From an uncultured virus (IMG/VR IMGVR_UViG_3300031766_000002) (lineage: Duplodnaviria; Heunggongvirae; Uroviricota; Caudoviricetes): a DNA stretch of 20,000 nucleotides. Shown here piece by piece: positions 7,486-13,963 of the stretch. Where the stretch lies: IMG/VR virus record IMGVR_UViG_3300031766_000002; one strand, given 5' to 3'. The notes under the pieces are model-generated. The model had not been told where the DNA came from. It saw only the letters and a program-made list of their open reading frames with translations, and searched no databases. The translations under genes were made by a program, and so were the position numbers. Position 1 is the first letter of the stretch, and each line of letters opens with the position of its first letter.

Positions 7486-9132
7486 TTACCCTTCGCAAGA
7501 TTTACATTCCATCATAGATCTTGCTAGCTCTTGACTAGGATTAGCACTTCTCTGATAATAGAAACCTTTAATACCGTTCTGCCATCCATAAATTAAAAGT
7601 TGATTTACTTCTTTCGCAGGAGCTTTGGGGGCGACCATAATGTTAAGAGATTGACCTTGATCAATATACTTTTGTCTTTGGGCTGCTTGAATAACAATTT
7701 CTTTTTGGCTAATTTCCCCAAAAGTTTTAAATACTTCTTTCTCTTCCTCAGAAAAGAATGATAAATGCTGCACTGACCCTCCTTTTTCCAAGATGCTCAT
7801 CCAAACATCATCGTTATTTTTACCCTTCTCTGCTAATAGCGTTTCGAGGTATGGATTCCTAAATGTGAATTTGCCTTTAGCGAGATCTTTAGTAAAATAA
7901 TTCCCGTTGAGAGGTTCGATAGATGGAGAAACCTGACCCAAGATAAAGGAGCTACTTGTAGTTGGAGCTATAGCTAAGGTGGTGGTATTTCGACGGCCAT
8001 ACCCCTCACAATACATAGGCTCTCCTAAACTTAGGGATAATTCTTCTGTAGCTTCATCTGCCCGACTACGGATAACCTTCCAAATAGAGCTATTTTCCAT
8101 TTTAGCCTCCATGCTTTCAAACCCAATCATCTTGCTTTGTAGGTAAGAGTGCCAACCAAGAACTCCCATACCCAAAGCCCTATGACGCTTGGCAAAATTA
8201 TGAGAGGACTCCATGAATGGAATGTTCGTTGTTTTTATGATATACTCCTCCATTACTGCATCAAGAAATGCAACTAATGTCTCAATAGCGTCTGTCTTTA
8301 CAATGTCATCCCATCTAACTAGATTCAAAGAAGATAAACAGCAAACAAAAGACTCATCTTCTTTGGATGGCAAGCTGATCTCGTTGCAAAGATTAGAAGC
8401 ATAGATCTTCATGTCTTTGTCTTTATAGCAGTCGGGAGCATTCTTATTCGCTGTATCTTGAAAAAATATGTACGGGTAACCAGTCTCAAAACGCTTTCTT
8501 ATTACAGAAGCCCAAAGCTGACGTTTTTCTGGATCGCCATCAATCATACTTTGCATCCAATTATCAGTGACAGTAACAGCAAAAGACATGTCTTGAATAG
8601 CATTACCCTCGCTCTTTATCCGAAGAAACTCTTTGACATCAGGATGTTCAATAGGGAGGTAAGCTGCAAAAGAACCACGACGGACATTACCCTGAGAAAC
8701 AACCGCAGCGACCTTATCGAATAACTCCATAAAATGGACTGCCCCAGATGATTGACCACCAGAGTTTATTGATGCCCCACGCTCACGAAGATCACCAAAG
8801 TAAGCAGAAGTCCCTGACCCATGCTTAGTCTGCATTCCAACCTCAGACTGTTTAGCTAAGATGCCATCCATTCTGTCAGGAACGTAGACTCCGTTACAGG
8901 ATATGGGTAGTCCACGATCACGACCAAAATTAGACCAGACAGGGGAAGCTAAGGAATAAAATCCCTGCTTCATATACGACTCAAACTTGTCAGCAAACCC
9001 ATCCATGCTTAGATACGCTTCAGCAGTATCTGCAATATCACGAATCCTCTGCTCTGGAGTTTCACCCTTCTTTAGATATCCCCTCTCAAGAAATAATCTT
9101 GAGTCATCATTTAGCCAATAGTAGTCTGTCAT
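7486..9132 (-). CDS. nrdA: Ribonucleotide reductase large subunit (class I, NrdAi-like, no ATP-cone)
   Basis: GLPISC, SQGNVRRG, ASNLCNEI (NLCxE), CCLSSLNL, LAIAPTTSSS, DQGQSLN, FYYQRS (Tyr pair) and C-terminal CKSCEG. Only 548 aa. Confidence 0.96.
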   Translation of the reverse strand: MTDYYWLNDDSRLFLERGYLKKGETPEQRIRDIADTAEAYLSMDGFADKFESYMKQGFYSLASPVWSNFGRDRGLPISCNGVYVPDRMDGILAKQSEVGMQTKHGSGTSAYFGDLRERGASINSGGQSSGAVHFMELFDKVAAVVSQGNVRRGSFAAYLPIEHPDVKEFLRIKSEGNAIQDMSFAVTVTDNWMQSMIDGDPEKRQLWASVIRKRFETGYPYIFFQDTANKNAPDCYKDKDMKIYASNLCNEISLPSKEDESFVCCLSSLNLVRWDDIVKTDAIETLVAFLDAVMEEYIIKTTNIPFMESSHNFAKRHRALGMGVLGWHSYLQSKMIGFESMEAKMENSSIWKVIRSRADEATEELSLSLGEPMYCEGYGRRNTTTLAIAPTTSSSFILGQVSPSIEPLNGNYFTKDLAKGKFTFRNPYLETLLAEKGKNNDDVWMSILEKGGSVQHLSFFSEEEKEVFKTFGEISQKEIVIQAAQRQKYIDQGQSLNIMVAPKAPAKEVNQLLIYGWQNGIKGFYYQRSANPSQELARSMMECKSCEG

Positions 9133-10104
9133 TTAAAACAAGTCGTCTGCGTTGAACGTCTGCGAATTTTTTGAATACTCAACTGGTCGAGCATAAAAGA
9201 AGTCGGTGGCATTATTGCCAAGCAACTCCTCTTCAAACCAGATGGTATCTTTCAGCAGATTTTTGTCAACATCAAAAGCTTGTTTAAAGCCTATTTTATC
9301 CAAAGAATCGTTAATTCTATTTTTAATGAACTCCTTGAGTACAATCGCATTCAATCCCTTCTCACGAATACCGTTAATCATCCAATCCACGATCTTGCTT
9401 TCAGCATTAAAAGCTTGTTGAGCTTCGTCAAGAACACGCTCTTCCAACTCTTCATCAAAAAGCTCAGGATGTTCTTCACGAATAGTGTTAATGATCTTCA
9501 TCCCAACGAAAGCATGAAGGTTCTCTTCATTACGAGTATACTTAACTTGTTGGTCAGTGTCTTTTAACACATTCTTATGACGAGCAAACCAGTTTATGAC
9601 GTAAAATTGAGAAAATAGCGACACGTTCTCTACAAAAAGAGTAAATAGGATTAAAGCATAAACATATTGCTTCTTGCTGTTCTTGTAGAACTTATGGGTA
9701 TACTTCCGCAAATAATTAACCCGACCCTCAATAAAATCTAGTTTTAGGTTCTCCTCAAATACTTCTTCTAAACCCAAAACCTCAAGCAAGCGTTCATAAG
9801 CGTTATTGTGAATAACTTCCACGTTTGCCATCACAAAACCCAAATCACTTAATGATGGGTGAGGCAAATTGTCCCCCAGCTTACTCCAAAACTTTTTAAC
9901 AGCAACTTCGATCTGCCCAATAGCAGAAAGAGTTCTTACGATTATCTCTTTTTCTCTTTCATCAAGCACCACGTTGAAGTCCTGAATATCAGAAGCAAAA
10001 CTGAATTCTTTGTCGGTCCAAAACCCGTTGTGCATTGCTTCGATAAAATCTCCTGCCCAAGAATAGTGGTCAGGCTTCCGTGATACTTGCTCTTCAAAAA
10101 TCAT
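9133..10104 (-). CDS. nrdB: Ribonucleotide reductase small subunit (NrdBi / class Id-like)
   Basis: W29, QIE66VAVK70, E96VIH99NNAY103, VENVSLFSQF, EENLH and C-terminal DFF..RPVEYSK. Confidence 0.95.
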   Translation of the reverse strand: MIFEEQVSRKPDHYSWAGDFIEAMHNGFWTDKEFSFASDIQDFNVVLDEREKEIIVRTLSAIGQIEVAVKKFWSKLGDNLPHPSLSDLGFVMANVEVIHNNAYERLLEVLGLEEVFEENLKLDFIEGRVNYLRKYTHKFYKNSKKQYVYALILFTLFVENVSLFSQFYVINWFARHKNVLKDTDQQVKYTRNEENLHAFVGMKIINTIREEHPELFDEELEERVLDEAQQAFNAESKIVDWMINGIREKGLNAIVLKEFIKNRINDSLDKIGFKQAFDVDKNLLKDTIWFEEELLGNNATDFFYARPVEYSKNSQTFNADDLF

Positions 10105-10109
10105 GTCTC

Positions 10110-10123
10110 ATCTATTTACACAA
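10110..10123 (-). promoter_or_regulatory. Putative phage promoter, GTGTA-W-N4-AT motif (nrdB)
   Basis: TTGTGTAAATAGAT; GTGTA ends 12 nt before the ATG at 10104, the same spacing as at the mini-ORF. Confidence 0.55.
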
Positions 10124-10158
10124 TTGACAAAAATGGGCAAGGAAAAAATGAAAAAAGT

Positions 10159-10237
10159 TGGCGAAGCCATTGTATTAATACGAACGTAGTGAGTATTAAT
10201 ATAATACGAATCCTAACAGCACTGTAAGGATTCGTAT
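10159..10237. repeat. Cluster of three adjacent inverted repeats (DNA hairpins)
   Basis: TGGC-GAA-GCCA (10159-10169); ATTGTATTAATAC-GAACGTAGTGA-GTATTAATATAAT (10169-10205); ATACGAATCCT-A-ACAG-CA-CTGT-A-AGGATTCGTAT (10204-10237). Confidence 0.85.
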
Positions 10238-10265
10238 CCTTACTAATGCGGCTTCCAATACGTCT

Positions 10266-10293
10266 ATTATATTGACAAAGAAAAATGTGTCAA
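10266..10293 (-). promoter_or_regulatory. Consensus sigma-70 promoter firing toward the hairpins and nrdB
   Basis: TTGACA (10293-10288) - 16 nt - TATAAT (10271-10266). The -35 is one arm of an inverted repeat TTGACA-N10-TGTCAA (10272-10293). Confidence 0.75.
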
Positions 10294-10307
10294 CAAAAAA
10301 ATTTTAC

Positions 10308-10336
10308 TTGATTTTTTGCTAAAAAATCCCTAGCAT
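10308..10336 (+). promoter_or_regulatory. Probable sigma-70 promoter for the phage sigma-factor operon
   Basis: TTGATT-N17-TAGCAT preceded by an A/T tract (UP-element-like), 15 nt before the ATG at 10352. Confidence 0.5.
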
Positions 10337-10351
10337 AATCGGTAGCTAAGT

Positions 10352-10939
10352 ATGGATAATGAATCTACTGACCCCGAATTAACAACCTTGATCAAAGAGG
10401 AAGATCACGAGGAAGCATTGAATCTTTTAATATGCAGACACTCTGGCATATATATTGATATGGTCAGGAGGTACGCATCTAAGTCTCTCCCCATGAATGA
10501 CATAGCGGATATTATCAACGACAAAGATTATATTATCTATAAAGCAGCTTTAGATTATGATGAAAATAAAGCTAAATTTTCGACGCACGTTGGGAATAAA
10601 GCCAAATACCTTTGTTTAAGCAGAAAGACTGCAAGGAAAAAAAATAAAACCACCTTATCTTTCGATTCTATAGACTATTCAGAGGAGTCAAGTGATCTAC
10701 ACCCAGATCAAAGCTGTGAAATTAGAGAGAGCTTCTCCGCGATTATTGATTTAATCAATAATCATCGTGACGAAAGAGTAAAAATTATTTTTAAAGAAAG
10801 ATATTTTGGAGGAGAGAGGGGTAAGCTCAACACTTGGAAGAATATTGGCGATAAGATCGGAATATCTGCTCAAGGATGTATAAACATCCACGATAAATCT
10901 TTAAAAGAATTTAAAAATCAAATTAAAAAAAATGCATAA
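10352..10939 (+). CDS. Phage-encoded sigma-70-family RNA polymerase sigma factor
   Basis: Region 2-like LICRHSGIY...IYKAALDYDENKAKFSTHV and region 4 HTH IFKERYF...TWKNIGDKIGISAQGCINIHDKSLKEFK. 195 aa, with regions 2 and 4 only. Confidence 0.85.
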   Translation: MDNESTDPELTTLIKEEDHEEALNLLICRHSGIYIDMVRRYASKSLPMNDIADIINDKDYIIYKAALDYDENKAKFSTHVGNKAKYLCLSRKTARKKNKTTLSFDSIDYSEESSDLHPDQSCEIRESFSAIIDLINNHRDERVKIIFKERYFGGERGKLNTWKNIGDKIGISAQGCINIHDKSLKEFKNQIKKNA

Positions 10940-12014
10940 GCTGAACTTCGACGCTCCATTTAATTCCTTAAGCTTGGGGAATGTCTCTCTAAATTTCTTA
11001 AGAGAATTAAAGAAAAAAGATTTAGAGTTAAATATTTTCCCAATGGGAAACTTAGATTTCTCTGCATTCGATAAACTACCTGAAGAAGAAGTCCAATATA
11101 TAAAAGAAAACTCAAGTAATTCATTGAAGCGATTTGACAGGTCAACTCCAACGTTAAAGGTATGGCACATTAATGGTTCAGAAAAAAAGATCGGAGATAG
11201 TCAATTTTTATACACTTTTTATGAAGTAGACTCTCCTACAGACGAAGAGATCGCAATTGTGAAAGCTCAGAATCATGTTTTCTTTTCTTGCTCAGAGGCT
11301 GCTGAGATTTTTAAAAGCAAAGGTTGTGATAACGTTTCATACGTTCCGCTTGGGTTTGACCCAGACTTCCATAAGACAGATAAGGAATATCTTGGTGATG
11401 ATGTAATACATTTCGGACTTATTGGCAAAATGGAACGTAGAAAAAACACCCAAGCTCTCATACAGCTATGGTGCAATAAATTTGGGAACAATCCAAGGTA
11501 TCAATTAACCTGTTTAGTAGGGAACCCATTCTTGAAGCAAGAGCAAATGAATCAAATGATCGCTCAAGCAATGAATAACCAAAAATATTCAAATGTAAAC
11601 TTTCTACCCCGACTTAAAACAAATAGTGAAGTTAATGATTTAATCAATTCAATTGATATTGACTTGTCTGGTTTATCAAATGGGGAGGGTTGGAATTTGC
11701 CAGCGTTTAACGCAACAGCTTTAGGGAAGTGGTCTATAGTTAGTAATTGTAGTTCACATAAGGATTGGGCTAATAAAAGTAATTCTTTACTCTTAAATCC
11801 TATAGGAAAGCAACCATGCTATGATAATATATTTTTCCACCAAGGATCTAAATTTAATCAAGGAGAATATTATCGACTCAACGGAGATCAAATTTCAGCG
11901 TCAATTGATCAATCAGTTCAGATGGCGAAGTCAGAGAATACAGAAGGACTAAAATTACAAGAAGAATTCACTTACGAAAAAAGTATTGAAAAAATTCTAG
12001 AAAAAATTCATTAA
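10932..12014 (+). CDS. GT4-like (GT-B fold) glycosyltransferase
   Basis: SLGNVSLNFLREL, YTFYE, YVPLGFDPDF, IGKMERRKN and SNGEGWNLPAFNATALGK motifs. Confidence 0.82.
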   Translation: MHKLNFDAPFNSLSLGNVSLNFLRELKKKDLELNIFPMGNLDFSAFDKLPEEEVQYIKENSSNSLKRFDRSTPTLKVWHINGSEKKIGDSQFLYTFYEVDSPTDEEIAIVKAQNHVFFSCSEAAEIFKSKGCDNVSYVPLGFDPDFHKTDKEYLGDDVIHFGLIGKMERRKNTQALIQLWCNKFGNNPRYQLTCLVGNPFLKQEQMNQMIAQAMNNQKYSNVNFLPRLKTNSEVNDLINSIDIDLSGLSNGEGWNLPAFNATALGKWSIVSNCSSHKDWANKSNSLLLNPIGKQPCYDNIFFHQGSKFNQGEYYRLNGDQISASIDQSVQMAKSENTEGLKLQEEFTYEKSIEKILEKIH

Positions 12015-12015
12015 T

Positions 12016-12399
12016 ATGGCCATTTACATTTTCAGACATCCAGAAACAGAAGAATGCAAAGAAATCATTCAAGGAATGAATGAAGAGCATATTTATATTG
12101 ATGAGTTTGGTGTACAATGGAAAAGAGTATTCACAGTCCCACACGCATCAATTGACACAAAAGACGACGCATGGGATCACAATCAGTTTGTTGAAAAAAC
12201 TGGTAAAATGAAGGGAACCGTAGGAGATGTGTTAGACTACTCTTCAGAACTCTCTGAAAAAAGAGCGCAAGCTAATGGAGGGGAAGACCCAATCAAAAGA
12301 AAGGCTTTCAAAGACTACGAAAAGAAAGTGGGCAAAAAGCACATGTCCGACAAGAAAAAGACTATCGAAACTTCTAAGATCAAAATTGATCTAGATTAA
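12016..12399 (+). CDS. Hypothetical protein with degenerate FmdB-like N-terminus
   Basis: MAIYIFRHPETEECKEIIQGM...WKRVF follows the FmdB pattern MPxYxYxC..C...E......M...RV but has lost most Cys. Basic C-terminus. Confidence 0.55.
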   Translation: MAIYIFRHPETEECKEIIQGMNEEHIYIDEFGVQWKRVFTVPHASIDTKDDAWDHNQFVEKTGKMKGTVGDVLDYSSELSEKRAQANGGEDPIKRKAFKDYEKKVGKKHMSDKKKTIETSKIKIDLD

Positions 12400-13346
12400 A
12401 TAGCCCTATATTGACCATTTGCGAATTCTAGTGCGCCAGTAAAATTAGCTCCTTGTAAAACAAAATAAGCGTTGCTGGCTCCAGTTAACACATGCCCAGT
12501 AAAGATATCTGCTCCAGCAGCAGTTCCAGTTAAAACATTTTCGAGAATGGTGGCATTGATAGTTGAATAATCGGCTCCTTCCAAAGCTGTTGTCAAGGTA
12601 TTGTCTACAGACTCTGTTACAGATAATCCAACCCAATCTCGTGAAGCAGCTTCTGAAGAGTCTGATAAAGTTACACTGTCGGTAAATACTACTGGATCAT
12701 TGAAAGTGACATCTTCTATAAAGGTAGATATTCCTTCAAATCTCGTATTTCCATTAAATACGCCAGAATGACTTGCATCGACTGAGAGGTGAGAGCTAAA
12801 ATTAGCATGATCACCATTGAATTGCATATCACCATTGAATTGTACATCACCATTTTGGAAAGTAACTCCGCTCCCAAAAGAAACCACTAAAGAATGATTC
12901 GTGCTGTTAGTTATAGCTGTTTCGTGATCAGCTAATATCACTGACCCTGTGACTTGATCACCGAATGAAACCCCGTTTCCACCTAAAATTGTATTTTTTT
13001 GTCCACTCGCCCCAAAATTAACTGATTCTCCGTTAACAAGAGTGTTAAATGATCCTGAAAATTCAGTTGTGGATCTCCCATTTAGTAAGACATTATTGTC
13101 TCCCGAAACAACATTATTAAGACCAGCAATACAAATTGAACCTTCCGAAAATGAATTATTATCGGCAACATCAAGAATAGTTCTTTCTGCACTAGTCCTG
13201 AGTTCAGTAATAATCATTGGACCAGTAATAGTCCTGTCTAAATTAATCTGAACCCCAGTTGACAAGTCAGTAAACGAGAAATCACCACTAGGACTCGTAA
13301 AAGTAGGTAATTGTAATTGTTGTGGTTGAATTTTGGTAAATGCCAT
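12396..13346 (-). CDS. Probable virion fibre/structural protein (Gly/Ser/Thr/Asn-rich beta-repeat)
   Basis: IAGLNN, LLNG, LVNG and ILGGNG beta-roll-like repeats, 6-residue NGDxQF repeats and AASRDWV. Very few basic residues. Opposite strand to its neighbours. Confidence 0.6.
   Translation of the reverse strand: MAFTKIQPQQLQLPTFTSPSGDFSFTDLSTGVQINLDRTITGPMIITELRTSAERTILDVADNNSFSEGSICIAGLNNVVSGDNNVLLNGRSTTEFSGSFNTLVNGESVNFGASGQKNTILGGNGVSFGDQVTGSVILADHETAITNSTNHSLVVSFGSGVTFQNGDVQFNGDMQFNGDHANFSSHLSVDASHSGVFNGNTRFEGISTFIEDVTFNDPVVFTDSVTLSDSSEAASRDWVGLSVTESVDNTLTTALEGADYSTINATILENVLTGTAAGADIFTGHVLTGASNAYFVLQGANFTGALEFANGQYRAI
12810..12854 (-). repeat. In-frame 18-nt tandem repeat (about 2.5 copies) in the fibre gene
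   Basis: Plus-strand ATCACCATTGAATTG at 12810 and 12828 and ATCACCATT at 12846; encodes NGDVQFNGDMQFNGD. Confidence 0.75.
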
Positions 13347-13365
13347 GCTACAATAGATTATCTAA

Positions 13366-13379
13366 ATAAGAATACACTT
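13366..13379 (-). promoter_or_regulatory. Putative phage promoter, GTGTA-W-N4-AT motif (fibre gene)
   Basis: AAGTGTATTCTTAT in the 38-bp divergent spacer; GTGTA ends 26 nt before the ATG at 13346. Confidence 0.55.
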
Positions 13380-13384
13380 TTTCT

Positions 13385-13963
13385 ATGAAATTTACACTTT
13401 ATAAGCCAAGCGCGAAAAATACTGGAACAGCATTCACCTTTGACTGCACTAAAGACAGAAACGGCAATCCAGTTCTTTTTGTCTCCATGATTCTTCAGCA
13501 CAGCTGGAATAATGAGCGTAAAACGGGTTCTTTTAAGGAGAATGCCAAGAATCCAGATAAATCCACTACAATTAAGCTCACAGACATTGAAGCTGGAGAG
13601 TTCCTATCCTCAATGAAAACTAGGATTCCATTTTTTGGTTTCCACAAAACAGAGGATAAAACTACCACCATAAAACTCACTCCTTGGGATAAAAACCGCA
13701 TCATCAAAAATAAAGATGGTCAAGAAACATTCAAATCGCCAGCTTGGGGTCTTACGGTTACAAAAAACTCTTCTCAATTCTTTAAGCTCCCAATCGAAGC
13801 TGGAGAGGCTGAATGCCTAGCTGTTTTGCTTGAATACTACATCAAAGAAAGTTTAACCGCTAAATCAGAAGCCTATAAGCAGGACCAGCCACAAAAAACT
13901 TACCAAAAATCCACACCTAAAGCGTCCGTAGTTGAGGACGACGATGATGATGTCCCGTTCTAA
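13385..13963 (+). CDS. Putative single-stranded DNA-binding protein, Whirly/PC4-like fold with SSB-type acidic tail
   Basis: C-terminus EDDDDDVPF matches the bacterial SSB C-terminal consensus DDDIPF and follows a Q/P/K/T linker. Two strand-rich repeats each end in a helix (IKLTDIEAGEFL; FKLPIEAGEAECLAVLL). Confidence 0.7.
   Translation: MKFTLYKPSAKNTGTAFTFDCTKDRNGNPVLFVSMILQHSWNNERKTGSFKENAKNPDKSTTIKLTDIEAGEFLSSMKTRIPFFGFHKTEDKTTTIKLTPWDKNRIIKNKDGQETFKSPAWGLTVTKNSSQFFKLPIEAGEAECLAVLLEYYIKESLTAKSEAYKQDQPQKTYQKSTPKASVVEDDDDDVPF

Noticed and set aside
315..10104. Introns or inteins in recA, nrdA or nrdB
   Set aside because: All three are continuous and of normal or minimal length, with no insertions or homing-endonuclease motifs.
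10124..10152. Plus-strand promoter from TTGACA at 10124
   Set aside because: No acceptable -10 hexamer 16-18 nt downstream, only A-runs.
10159..10237. CRISPR mini-array or tRNA in the nrdB-sigma spacer
   Set aside because: The repeats are inverted and dissimilar, with no repeat-spacer periodicity, and there is no cloverleaf or TTC T-loop consensus.
10105..10300. NrdR box upstream of nrdB
   Set aside because: No match to the ACACWATATATWGTGT-type palindrome was found.
11204..12676. Intragenic GTGTA-W-N4-AT matches near 11211 and 12672 (minus strand)
   Set aside because: Neither precedes a credible gene start, and a few chance matches are expected for a short AT-rich motif.
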